Part shown: piece after piece, positions 8,480-17,894 of the stretch | Position numbering within the stretch: the stretch's first letter is position 1 | How the letters are laid out: each line of letters begins with the position of its first letter | Assembly: GCA_030753365.1 (NCBI GenBank) | Contig: JASMCJ010000061.1 | Coordinates: forward strand, 1-41,116 | Length of the DNA: 41,116 bases | Source: Candidatus Woesearchaeota archaeon | GTDB taxonomy: Archaea > Nanobdellota > Nanobdellia > Woesearchaeales > GCA-2687795 | Reading direction: 5' to 3' | Notes under the pieces: generated by a model | The model's database searches: none | The model's input: the letters and a program-made list of their open reading frames with translations, nothing else | Told to the model about the DNA's origin: nothing | Program-made: the position numbers and the translations under genes

Positions 8480-10498
8480 TTATATCTTAGACACAAACCC
8501 TCTTCTTGGCTCAAAAATATCCCCGCTCCTTCTAAGCTTCTCAATAACCTCTTCCACCTTCTCCTCTTTAATGTTCTTCTCTTTTGCCATAGCAGTAATA
8601 TCTTCTATAGGGATAGTCTTCCCAATTGTGCTTTCAAGCTCATTTATAATCTCCTTAACAACAATAATAGCATTCCTTTGTGATGCAGGAATCCCTGTAG
8701 TAATCCTGTCAATATCAATCTTACCAGTCTCCTTATCAAAGCCAACCTGCATCAAACAATACTCAAGCAGTTCAACAGCTCTCAAAGCATCATTCTTAGT
8801 AACTCTATTAGACAATCTCACCTTTGCAGAAGCCTCTGAAAGTCTCACCAAAGCTTCCAACTGCCTTGGTGAAATAGGAATAGTCTTAATATTTCCTTCT
8901 GAACCGCCGCTTGCTCTCATCTTAAGATAATATCCTCTAATCTCATCCATTGCAGCATTTGTAAGCTTCGGCTTAATCTTTTGTTTTGCATAAGCGATAT
9001 ACTTCTTAAGCAATTTAGTCTTAATCTCAGGCACTATCTTATTTGGCTTCTGATGAAGGCTTAATATATGGGAAGCCATCAGTTCATCCTTCTTTTTATC
9101 AGGCAGATCCTTAACAGGAAAAATCAAGTCAAACCTGTTAATCAAAGCAGGAGGAAGATCTATCTGGTTAGCAATAAGGTCATACGGGTCAAACCTCCCT
9201 AACTTTGGATTAGCCGCTGCCAAAACAGTAGTCCTTGCAAGCAAAGTTGCCTGAATATTAGCCTTGTTAATACTAATAGTCTGCTGCTCAAGCGCTTCAT
9301 GCATAGCGCTCCTATCCTCTTTAGTCATCTTATCCATCTCATCAATACAGCAAATCCCATTAGATGCCAACACCAAAGCCCCGGCTTCAAGGCTCCATCC
9401 CTTAAGAAACTCATCCTTAACGACTGCTGCAGTAAGTCCAGCGCCAGAAACTCCCCTGCCGCTCACATACCTTCCCTTTGGCGCAATAACACCAATTCTC
9501 TTAAGCATTTGACTTTTGCCCGCGCCCGGGTCACCAATAAGCAGAACATGCATATCCCCTCTTGACATTGCCCCATCAGCTCTAGTCTTATGCACTCCTC
9601 CCATCAACTGCAGGAGAAGCGCTTCCTTAATCTTTTCATGCCCATAAATAGAAGGCGCCAATGAATCCACAATCTTTTTGAACACATTCTTATCCTTTGC
9701 AATATCTTTTATCAATTTCTCTTCCTTCTCTGAAATGTCTAACTCATAAAACGTTTCTTCCGTTGCAGTCAGGCTATTAGCTTCCACAAGCAGGTCAAAC
9801 CTTGTAGACTTGCCTCCAGACTTAAGAATAATAGGCACCTCCTTAGTAATCCCTACAATGTTTATCTTTGAGCCAGGCGAACTCTTAACTTCGCTTATTG
9901 GGCTCACAAGATCTCCTTTAAGAAAAATATTCATCCTTTTCGGCTGCGCACCTCCCATCATATTCTCTGGAGCTTCCTCCAGCACAATCCCTTGGGCATC
10001 TATCAACTCTTTGCTAATCAGCTTAAACTTACCCTTCCTTCCGCATCCGCACCTTGAAGGCTCTTTAAACTGTGTATCCAGTTGCAAAATTGCCAAAATA
10101 TTGCCGCATGACGGGCACTCAAATCTTGCAGACGTAACCTGCGGCCTCACATCACTCTTCTGCCTAACAACTCCCTCTATAACTATCATCTTTTCTATAT
10201 GCTTACTTCTAATGTCTTTAATCATAACCTTCTGTGATTCTGGAAGATTCTCCAGCCTAATATTAAAATCCTTAGCTTCAGTAGGCAGGTCAAACTGCTG
10301 CACAGCAAGATCCGCAGACTTAATAACCTCCTCCGGCTGCTCCAGCAGCATATCTGCAAGTTCATGGTCAAACTTAGAAAGCTCAGTAAAATCAATAAGC
10401 ATAGATTTAGCGCCCATCCTAACACTCTCTAATAGGCCAGCCTGATAGACCTCTTCAAAGAATTGATGAAACTTCTTAATCTGCTCTGCTGCTTCCAT
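8480..10498 (-). CDS. mcm: Replicative helicase MCM
   Basis: C4 zinc finger, GDPGAGKS Walker A, IDEMDKM Walker B, NRFD arginine finger, C-terminal winged helix; start placed at ATG 10498 after a GGGGG RBS. No intein seen. Confidence 0.97.
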   Translation of the reverse strand: MEAAEQIKKFHQFFEEVYQAGLLESVRMGAKSMLIDFTELSKFDHELADMLLEQPEEVIKSADLAVQQFDLPTEAKDFNIRLENLPESQKVMIKDIRSKHIEKMIVIEGVVRQKSDVRPQVTSARFECPSCGNILAILQLDTQFKEPSRCGCGRKGKFKLISKELIDAQGIVLEEAPENMMGGAQPKRMNIFLKGDLVSPISEVKSSPGSKINIVGITKEVPIILKSGGKSTRFDLLVEANSLTATEETFYELDISEKEEKLIKDIAKDKNVFKKIVDSLAPSIYGHEKIKEALLLQLMGGVHKTRADGAMSRGDMHVLLIGDPGAGKSQMLKRIGVIAPKGRYVSGRGVSGAGLTAAVVKDEFLKGWSLEAGALVLASNGICCIDEMDKMTKEDRSAMHEALEQQTISINKANIQATLLARTTVLAAANPKLGRFDPYDLIANQIDLPPALINRFDLIFPVKDLPDKKKDELMASHILSLHQKPNKIVPEIKTKLLKKYIAYAKQKIKPKLTNAAMDEIRGYYLKMRASGGSEGNIKTIPISPRQLEALVRLSEASAKVRLSNRVTKNDALRAVELLEYCLMQVGFDKETGKIDIDRITTGIPASQRNAIIVVKEIINELESTIGKTIPIEDITAMAKEKNIKEEKVEEVIEKLRRSGDIFEPRRGFVSKI

Positions 10499-10603
10499 TT
10501 TACCCCCAAAACTTGAAAGTAGAACTTCTTTATATTCTTTTATCTTTTCTGGAGTATAGTAAATGAGTAGAAACAAAAAATAAGAAATAAAAAAGGCTTA
10601 AAT

Positions 10604-11203
10604 CTAAGCCTTAACCTTCTTAAGATTCTCAATCAACTGGTCAAGCGCCTCATGCACTTCTTCTTCGCTCTTAGTTCCAGTGCAAACAACCTTTCCATTG
10701 CTAAACAACAAGAAAGTAGCCTTTGCCTTTGGTAATTTATAAACCAATCCTGGAAACTGTTCAGGCTCATACTCTGTGTTATCCAGCTTCATAGTCAATG
10801 TATTAAGATTAAGGTCCATGCCAATTGATCCGCTTGCTACAATATTCTGAATCTTTATCTTAGGCTCAACAGTAATCTTAATATTAATCTTCTCAAGGCT
10901 CTTTATAATCTTCTTAATAGATTCATGAACCTTCTCCAATGACCTTGCTCCTGTGCAAACAACCTTTCCAGAGCTGAAAATCAATGCAGATGTCTTAGGT
11001 TCTTTAATTCTTATAACCAATCCAGGAAACTGTTCAGGATTATACTCAGTATTAGAAAGCGTGGCAGCCATCTTTTCCAATGGTATATCATGCTCTAATG
11101 ACGTTGAAACGACTATATTTACTACTTTTATTTCAACTACTGCTGGTTTAGCTTCCTTCTTTGGAGCTTTTTTAGCTTTAGTAATCTTTGCTTTTTTAGG
11201 CAT
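10604..11203 (-). CDS. tbp: TATA-box binding protein
   Basis: Two repeats: NIVVS/NIVAS, YNPEQFPGL/YEPEQFPGL, LIFSSGKVVCTG/LLFSNGKVVCTG. Confidence 0.97.
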   Translation of the reverse strand: MPKKAKITKAKKAPKKEAKPAVVEIKVVNIVVSTSLEHDIPLEKMAATLSNTEYNPEQFPGLVIRIKEPKTSALIFSSGKVVCTGARSLEKVHESIKKIIKSLEKINIKITVEPKIKIQNIVASGSIGMDLNLNTLTMKLDNTEYEPEQFPGLVYKLPKAKATFLLFSNGKVVCTGTKSEEEVHEALDQLIENLKKVKA

Positions 11204-11364
11204 TTTATAGACCCCCAAATAGTTAATTTTTCTTAAACTAACTCCCCCAAAATATACACTCTATTTATATACTAAATACATAACCCTTTATAAATGCTCT
11301 TATTTTTAACCCCTTAAATAGCTCTTTTTTCTGACATATAAACCTTTTAACTAGAAATCAACAT

Positions 11365-12648
11365 TTACTTACCATTATTTTTCTTCTTTCTCCATCTCCT
11401 ATATACAAACAAGCCTATTCCTACTATAATAACCACAATAATAATTCCTGTCTTTTGGCTACTCTTCTTAAATCCAAACTTCTTTGCCTCAGCTTTAGAA
11501 TAAAGGTTAAGGTTAAGGCTAATATCCTCATCATATTCATTATTATTAGCATCCCTATACTCTATCGAAAGCGGCAGCTGCACAACCATATTTGATGTTT
11601 GTATATAAAGCTTAAAATCAGTAGTCTCATAATCATCAGAATCTATATTTCCAATATAAACATCATCATTGGAAAGAATCTTATAATCATTGCTCTCTTT
11701 CAGCTTAACATTAAGGAACTTAAGATCTGTCACTCCCTTATTAACAAACTTTACCACAACATCTCCCATATCTCCAGTAGTATACACTTCAGAACTGTCC
11801 AGCACAAGAGAAAGCTTAGGCTTTTCACCCACCACTAACCCAATAATATTATTCTTGCTATAATCACTCTCAGATTCATCTTGATATTCTATTAATAAAG
11901 GAAACTTATAAATCTTTGATTCTGCATCAGATTCAGCAGTAAGGCTAAACTTCAATATTGATTGTTTGCCTGAATCAAGCATAATTATCTCTTTCTCATT
12001 AGTAGACCCAATCGGCACAAAAGGTACATTACTAAGATCCAGCTTAACCTTAATATCCTTAAGAAGAGAATCTGCCATATTCTTTATCTTAATCTGCACT
12101 TCCGCATCTTTCCCTGGAACTATCTGGCTTGGCACTGATTTAACAGACACCACACTTAAAATCGCATCATGACTCTTAATCCTTATATTAAAAGGCTCCA
12201 CCTTTATCCATGTATTACCTTTATCATTGCTATACCTCAGCATAATCGCATTTTCCCCTTCCACAGCATTCTTATCAATTCTTAATTTATAATAAACCAT
12301 CATACCTTCATCGCCCATCTGGTTGCCCCAGACAGTGCCAATCTTCCTTATAGCAGAATCTCCTGACTCAAGCGAGAAAGGATAAACAGGAATCAATTCA
12401 ACCCTTAAATCTTTCACTGCAGTGCCCCCAAAATTCTCAATTTTCCATCTGACTTCCACATACTTGCCCGGCTCTGCAGGATCAGGGTTCTGGTTCACAA
12501 TCACATTATTCACATTATACTGGTTAGTATTAGAAGCATTAGAAAACCTTAATCTTGCTTGGTCAATAGCTCCATCATTAACCACTGCAATAACATTTAG
12601 AGAAACCGCTACAAAAAACACTATCCAAATCAAAACACTCTTTTTCAT
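11365..12648 (-). CDS. COG1361 S-layer-domain protein
   Basis: Signal peptide, NQNPDPAEPG, repeated Ig-like units, YIGNIDSDDYET, C-terminal TM with basic tail. Confidence 0.85.
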   Translation of the reverse strand: MKKSVLIWIVFFVAVSLNVIAVVNDGAIDQARLRFSNASNTNQYNVNNVIVNQNPDPAEPGKYVEVRWKIENFGGTAVKDLRVELIPVYPFSLESGDSAIRKIGTVWGNQMGDEGMMVYYKLRIDKNAVEGENAIMLRYSNDKGNTWIKVEPFNIRIKSHDAILSVVSVKSVPSQIVPGKDAEVQIKIKNMADSLLKDIKVKLDLSNVPFVPIGSTNEKEIIMLDSGKQSILKFSLTAESDAESKIYKFPLLIEYQDESESDYSKNNIIGLVVGEKPKLSLVLDSSEVYTTGDMGDVVVKFVNKGVTDLKFLNVKLKESNDYKILSNDDVYIGNIDSDDYETTDFKLYIQTSNMVVQLPLSIEYRDANNNEYDEDISLNLNLYSKAEAKKFGFKKSSQKTGIIIVVIIVGIGLFVYRRWRKKKNNGK

Positions 12649-12690
12649 ATTGTAAATTAAAAGTAATTACTTATATATAAGAGTTTTGAA

Positions 12691-12811
12691 ATATTTTATT
12701 CCACTCGTCTATGACTTGTAGTTTAGAACGGAATAAAATGTGCTCAAAAACCACCTTATTTATATCGCCTATTGTATAATCATACCACTTTTCTTTGAGA
12801 GTGGTTTTTGA
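12691..12811. repeat. Intergenic palindromic (REP-like) element
   Basis: Inverted repeats ATTTTATTCC (12693-12702)/GGAATAAAAT (12730-12739) and TCAAAAACCAC (12744-12754)/GTGGTTTTTGA (12801-12811). Confidence 0.7.
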
Positions 12812-12860
12812 CAAAGCAGAATGGATAAAATTAAATATTACCCCTTCCCCATTTTAAAAT

Positions 12861-13085
12861 ATGTCAGGTCCAGGCGAAGGAAAACTTGAAATCAAAGGTG
12901 TAAAAGCTTATATCCATGTAAAAGGCAAAAGCGGAGCAAGGGTTACGCATGTTGATATAGAGGGGAATATATCTAATATTATCAAAGAAGGAGAAATAAC
13001 CTTTGTCAAAGGTAAAAATGGCGGTGTATTTATTGCTCTTAAGAAGCCAATGATCAACCGTGCAGAGAGAATGGTCAAAGAATAA
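12861..13085 (+). CDS. Small hypothetical protein (74 aa)
   Basis: Clean ORF; its C-terminal half has a paralogous copy at 14517-14615, which supports coding status. Confidence 0.85.
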   Translation: MSGPGEGKLEIKGVKAYIHVKGKSGARVTHVDIEGNISNIIKEGEITFVKGKNGGVFIALKKPMINRAERMVKE

Positions 13086-13224
13086 TTATAATTATTTATT
13101 TTTTGATATTCTTTTACTTAAAATCACATAGCAAATGTTAGTTATTCAAATTATAATTTTAGTTTGTGAAACTTAAAACTATTTAGGAACAATTTACTAA
13201 AAATAAAAAGAATAGTGATTTTAA

Positions 13225-14520
13225 ATGAATAATCAAAAAATAATGATTGAATTAATTAAGAAAGATCCTTTGAAATACCTCCCTAAATCATTTTTAGGTT
13301 CTAAGAGAGTAAATATCGCCAAGAAGACAATAAGAGAGGAGTTAAATATTCTAAAAGAATATTCTGAAAATAAGATTAGTTATTCCAAATTAGCGGAGAA
13401 ATATAATTTTTCTCAAAAAATGGTTTTTAGAATAATGAAAAGATGGGGTAAAACTTATCCGCCTAATCTTGATAAAGTTTTTAGATGTAATAATAAATCA
13501 ACTCAAAGCATCTTACAGGATTTAAAAATCTGTAAGTTTTATCTCAGTGGGAATTCAATCTATAAAACAGCTAAAGAATTTAATCTTTCTCCGAAAGGAG
13601 TTCAGGGAATCATTGAAAGATATGGTTCTAGATTAAGAAATTCTTATAGAGCCGCAATATTACTTCATAAAACAAAACAATTGAATTTTCCTTTAACTCC
13701 TTATGTTCAGGAATTGGTTGAAAAGAACCTTAAAAAATATTCTCCAAAGTTTATTGCTGTCTTGACTTTAACAGATGGTTGCTGTTATCCTGCTGGGAAA
13801 TCAGCTTTAAAAGTAAGAAGACCCAAATTATCTTATTGTGGAGACAAAATTCTATGTAAAATTTATGCAGATTTGGTTTATGAACATTACAATATCATTC
13901 CTTCAACTTTTACTCAAAGAAAAGATGGAACTTTTCTTGTTTTGTATGAAAGAAAAGATATAAAAAGAATCATTAGAGATTTACTTTCACTAACACCTAA
14001 CTTTAAAACATCTTTAGCTCATGGAGAAAAGATTAGGGATTATCTTAAAACAGACCAGCCAACATTAAGATTTTTATTAAATGATAATAAAAAAGTTCTA
14101 TTAGAAGCATTTAGATTAGGAATGTCAGCGGAGGGATCTTGTAGCATTTGTTTTAATGGTAAATATTTAAGATTTAGTTTGGATTTTTCTTGTGCTCACC
14201 CAATACTTCTAGAACAATGGAGGGAAGTTGCTTATAAAATAGGTATTAACTTTAACTTGAAAGGTTTAAGTGGCTGGTTTAATTATAGTGGCTTATCTAG
14301 TGGCAATATAGAGGCTTTAAAGACATTTATGGAAACTGGAGGATTTATTGATAATGTTAAGATTACAAGACAAAGTAAATATTATAATGGATTAGAAAAG
14401 AATAAATTAATATATAATGTTTTAAGATGGAATAAAGAGAATAGAAGAATTAATTCAGAATTGTCTAATGGTGAGAAGCATAAAACATTTTATGATTTCA
14501 TAGAAGAATCGGAATATTAA
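13225..14520 (+). CDS. Free-standing LAGLIDADG homing-endonuclease-like protein with N-terminal HTH repeats
   Basis: Two LAGLIDADG-like motifs (FIAVLTLTDGCC, FRLGMSAEGSC); HTH-like SYSKLAEKYNFS and SIYKTAKEFNLSPKGV; AT-rich codon style unlike neighbouring genes. Confidence 0.75.
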   Translation: MNNQKIMIELIKKDPLKYLPKSFLGSKRVNIAKKTIREELNILKEYSENKISYSKLAEKYNFSQKMVFRIMKRWGKTYPPNLDKVFRCNNKSTQSILQDLKICKFYLSGNSIYKTAKEFNLSPKGVQGIIERYGSRLRNSYRAAILLHKTKQLNFPLTPYVQELVEKNLKKYSPKFIAVLTLTDGCCYPAGKSALKVRRPKLSYCGDKILCKIYADLVYEHYNIIPSTFTQRKDGTFLVLYERKDIKRIIRDLLSLTPNFKTSLAHGEKIRDYLKTDQPTLRFLLNDNKKVLLEAFRLGMSAEGSCSICFNGKYLRFSLDFSCAHPILLEQWREVAYKIGINFNLKGLSGWFNYSGLSSGNIEALKTFMETGGFIDNVKITRQSKYYNGLEKNKLIYNVLRWNKENRRINSELSNGEKHKTFYDFIEESEY

Positions 14521-14615
14521 AACCCAAAGAAGCAACCTACTGCGCAGGCAAGCCAGGCGGCTGCTTTATTGGATTAAAGAAACAAATGATAAAAAGAGCA
14601 GAAAAATTTATTTAA
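14517..14615 (+). pseudogene. Stranded 3' half of the 74-aa gene family
   Basis: Translates as LKPKEATYCAGKPGGCFIGLKKQMIKRAEKFI*; 17/28 identical without gaps to residues 42-69 of 12861-13085; lacks the N-terminal half. Confidence 0.85.
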
Positions 14616-14616
14616 A

Positions 14617-15303
14617 ATGAAAGACAAAGACACCATCATCAAACTTGAAAACGTCTGGAAAATCTATCAAATGGGCAACGTAAAAGTAAATGCATTAAGA
14701 GGCATAAACTTCCATGTAAAAAGAGGAGAATTTGTTGCAATCCAGGGCCCCAGCGGATCCGGCAAAAGTACAGCTGTCAACATGGTAGGCTGCCTTGACA
14801 TTCCCACAAAAGGAGAAATCTTCTTAGACCAGGAAAACATAGCCCATCTGTCAGAATCAGACCTTGCCCAAATAAGAGGCAGGGAAATTGGCTTCATCTT
14901 CCAGACCTTCAACCTTATACCCACACTCTCAGCAATAGAAAACGTAATGCTGCCTATGGTCTTTCAGGAAACAGTCAAAGAAAAAAGATTAGAAAGAGCC
15001 AACTATCTCCTTGGCCTTATGGAACTTGGAGACAGAAAAAATCATAAGCCCACAGAGCTAAGCGGCGGCCAGCAGCAAAGAGTAGCAATCGCAAGAGCCC
15101 TTGCCAATGACCCTGCAGTTATACTAGCTGATGAGCCAACAGGCAACCTTGACTCAAAAACAGGAAGAACAGTCATGAACTTTTTAAACAAGCTCCACAA
15201 AGAAGAAAACAAAACCATAATCATGGTAACCCATGATGATAAGCTTGCAAAAGAAGCTGACAGGGTTGCTTTCTTAAAAGATGGTCATATAATAAAAACT
15301 TAA
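14617..15303 (+). CDS. ABC transporter ATP-binding protein (LolD/MacB family)
   Basis: [39 protein letters not shown]. Confidence 0.95.
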   Translation: MKDKDTIIKLENVWKIYQMGNVKVNALRGINFHVKRGEFVAIQGPSGSGKSTAVNMVGCLDIPTKGEIFLDQENIAHLSESDLAQIRGREIGFIFQTFNLIPTLSAIENVMLPMVFQETVKEKRLERANYLLGLMELGDRKNHKPTELSGGQQQRVAIARALANDPAVILADEPTGNLDSKTGRTVMNFLNKLHKEENKTIIMVTHDDKLAKEADRVAFLKDGHIIKT

Positions 15304-15311
15304 AAATAATT

Positions 15312-16577
15312 TCAGTCAACAAACTCAATTCCAAGCTCATTCTCAATCTCTTTCTGTCTCTTATCTCCCATGCCCTTCCCTGGCCCGAATATCTGCGTTG
15401 ACTTAACCCCTGTAACAATCAGCATAGTTCTGATAGTCTTATCCATATCCTCAGAAATCTGCGCTCCCCAAATAATCCTTGCATCCTCATTAAGCTTCTC
15501 AGAAACCGTTTCCACAACTTTCCTTGCCTCATCAAGCGTCATATCAGAGCCTCCGCACACATTAATCAAAGCTCCATTAGCATTAGAAATATCAACATCC
15601 AGTAAAGGATTTGCAATAGCCTTCTCAACAGCTTCAACAGCCCTGTTATCAGTATCAGACTCACCAACACCAATCAATGCAACCCCTCCTTTGCTCATCA
15701 CAGTCTTAATATCCGCAAAATCAAGGTTAACCAATCCTGCTTTAGTAACAAGCTCAGCAATCCCTTTAACAGCATTCGTCAAGATCTCATCAGCAACTCT
15801 AAAAGCAGTATGAAGCGGTAAATCCGGAGCAAGCTCCAGCAATTTATCATTAGGAATAACAATCAATGTATCAACAGTATTCTCCATCTTCTCAAGGCCA
15901 ATCATAGCATTCTCATACCTTCTATTGCCTTCCATAACAAAAGGTATAGTAACAATCCCCACAGTCAACGCGCCAATCTTCTTTGCCACATCAGCAATCA
16001 CTGGAGCAGACCCAGTACCAGTTCCTCCTCCAAGCCCACAGGTAATAAAAACCATATCAGCATTCTGTAATGAAGCCTTAATCTCATGTTCACTCTCCCT
16101 TGCAGCCTCTTCACCAACCTTTGGGTCAGAGCCAGCACCCAATCCCTGAGTAAGCTCTCTTCCAATCAAAATCTTTTTAGAAGCATTAGTATAAAGCAAA
16201 TCCTGCGCATCCGTGTTCACAGCAATAGTCTCAGCGCCTGTTATCCCAACCTCACTAATCCTATTAATAGTATTATTCCCCCCTCCACCAGAACCTACAA
16301 CCTTAATTGCAGCCTTTTGTTTGGCTAAAAGCATCTCAAGCTCAGCATCAATATCATTTGGATTTCTCTCAGACTTTTCAGGCTCTGTGAAAGGAACATT
16401 AGATTCAGGAACAACTATCTTTGGCTCTTCTGGAGGAGCAGACTCAGAATTATCTTCTGCTGGCCTAACCTCTTCTCTCTGCTCTTCAGGATACCTTTGA
16501 TTAGTCTCCTGATTATCATCTTGAACATTATTATTTTCTTCCGAATTATGTGCTGGTATCTCTACAAAATCATCCAC
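15312..16577 (-). CDS. ftsZ: Cell division protein FtsZ with acidic N-terminal extension
   Basis: [20 protein letters not shown] tubulin signature, NLDFAD; GTG start after a GAGGTG RBS. Confidence 0.97.
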   Translation of the reverse strand: MDDFVEIPAHNSEENNNVQDDNQETNQRYPEEQREEVRPAEDNSESAPPEEPKIVVPESNVPFTEPEKSERNPNDIDAELEMLLAKQKAAIKVVGSGGGGNNTINRISEVGITGAETIAVNTDAQDLLYTNASKKILIGRELTQGLGAGSDPKVGEEAARESEHEIKASLQNADMVFITCGLGGGTGTGSAPVIADVAKKIGALTVGIVTIPFVMEGNRRYENAMIGLEKMENTVDTLIVIPNDKLLELAPDLPLHTAFRVADEILTNAVKGIAELVTKAGLVNLDFADIKTVMSKGGVALIGVGESDTDNRAVEAVEKAIANPLLDVDISNANGALINVCGGSDMTLDEARKVVETVSEKLNEDARIIWGAQISEDMDKTIRTMLIVTGVKSTQIFGPGKGMGDKRQKEIENELGIEFVD

Positions 16578-16668
16578 TTTTACCCACCTCTACCTTTCAT
16601 TTGAAAGTAGCACTCATATTTAAATATATGTTTACACAAAAATCTATATTAGAGTAAGGAAATTAAGC

Positions 16669-17562
16669 CTACAGCCTGACACATGTCTCTTCAAGCTTCT
16701 TCAGTTTCTCATAATTCTTATCCAAATGTAACTGAACCTCATTAACTTCTTCACCTGTCATATGCTTAAACCTTCCTTGTGTCTTTAGATGTTCTATAAC
16801 AGGAACAAAAGAAGAAGGCTCTTTAGTAAACTTCAACACACCATTCTCTATCTCATACAAAGGTGTAACCTTGCTCTTAAAAGCAACCTTCGCAACCTCA
16901 ACAGTCTGACTGGGAGAAATCTTCCATCCAGGCGGGCATGGGCAGTACACCTCTATATAAGCCGGCCCTTTTTTAGCCAGGCCTTTCTTAACCTTATCAA
17001 TATAATCCTGCACAAAAGCAATATTAGCTGTAGCCACATAAACACCCTCATTATGCGCAGCAACAATCAAAGGCATATGCTTCTTCCATTCCATTTTGCC
17101 ATGCACAACCTTCCCTGCAGGAGACGTAGTAGTAGATGCATACTTAGGCGTTGCCCCGCTCCTTTGAATGCCAGTATTCATATAAGCATTATTCTCATAA
17201 CAAATATAACAAAAATTCTGCTGCCTCTCAATAGCAGCGCTCAAAGCCTGAAACCCAATATCAAACGTGCTTCCATCCCCTCCAATAACCAGCAAATTAA
17301 CATTCTCTCTCTTCCCCTGCCTCTTCAATGCCCTGTCAATCCCTGAGCCAACTGCAGCAGCATTCTCAAAAGCCGCATGAATCCATGGAACCCTCCATGC
17401 AGTCTCAGGATAAGGACTGCTCACAACCTCCATGCACCCAGTCGCATGGCTAATAATAGTATTCTTTCCCGCAGCCTTCAATGCATGTCTCATTGCCAGC
17501 GCAGAGCCGCACCCAGCGCATGCCCTATGCCCCTTTGCAAACAATTCTTCTTCAGGTATCAT
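16669..17562 (-). CDS. porB: Pyruvate:ferredoxin oxidoreductase beta subunit
   Basis: GHRACAGCG, TGCMEV, GGDG...NNAYMNTGIQRS TPP-binding motif, PCPPGW. Confidence 0.95.
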   Translation of the reverse strand: MIPEEELFAKGHRACAGCGSALAMRHALKAAGKNTIISHATGCMEVVSSPYPETAWRVPWIHAAFENAAAVGSGIDRALKRQGKRENVNLLVIGGDGSTFDIGFQALSAAIERQQNFCYICYENNAYMNTGIQRSGATPKYASTTTSPAGKVVHGKMEWKKHMPLIVAAHNEGVYVATANIAFVQDYIDKVKKGLAKKGPAYIEVYCPCPPGWKISPSQTVEVAKVAFKSKVTPLYEIENGVLKFTKEPSSFVPVIEHLKTQGRFKHMTGEEVNEVQLHLDKNYEKLKKLEETCVRL

Positions 17563-17565
17563 TTT

Positions 17566-17871
17566 TTACTTACCAAACGTATCTACTCTTTCACAAACCT
17601 TAATCTTATCTTCAAGCGAATGAACCTTTCCATCCTTCTTCTTCCCATTAAACTCCTTCTTCCATGCATGAGTGCCATCCCAGCCGTCATGCCCTGAACC
17701 ATGAAAATCAACCTTAACCCTGTTTTCTTTACTACACTTCCTGCACTCAATCACTTTGTAATGATGCAACACTTCAAACGCTGACTTCCATTTCTCTCCT
17801 TTCAGCTCATGATTGCAGTAAATACAGTTGCTCTTCTGATGTTCCTCCTTCAGTAAATGATGCTTTGTCAC
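17566..17871 (-). CDS. Small zinc-ribbon protein between porA and porB
   Basis: CIYC...CRKC plus DFHGSGHDGWDG; operon-like spacing. Confidence 0.75.
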   Translation of the reverse strand: MTKHHLLKEEHQKSNCIYCNHELKGEKWKSAFEVLHHYKVIECRKCSKENRVKVDFHGSGHDGWDGTHAWKKEFNGKKKDGKVHSLEDKIKVCERVDTFGK

Positions 17872-17894
17872 TTGTAATCACTCATTTAGTTATC

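Noticed and set aside
9810..10445. Long antisense ORFs (this one, 15370-15813, 16789-17346, 25345-25842 and similar)
   Set aside because: They lie opposite well-conserved genes and are explained by codon and strand bias; no motifs.
8480..10498. Intein in MCM
   Set aside because: Length and motif spacing are normal, with no insertion or splicing motifs.
12983..14518. LAGLIDADG region as one large BHB intron (TATT/AATA helix gives an in-frame NIIKPKE join)
   Set aside because: The 4-bp helix is all A-T with no flanking helices, and the upstream gene is already complete. Likely chance, though RNA reads could test it.
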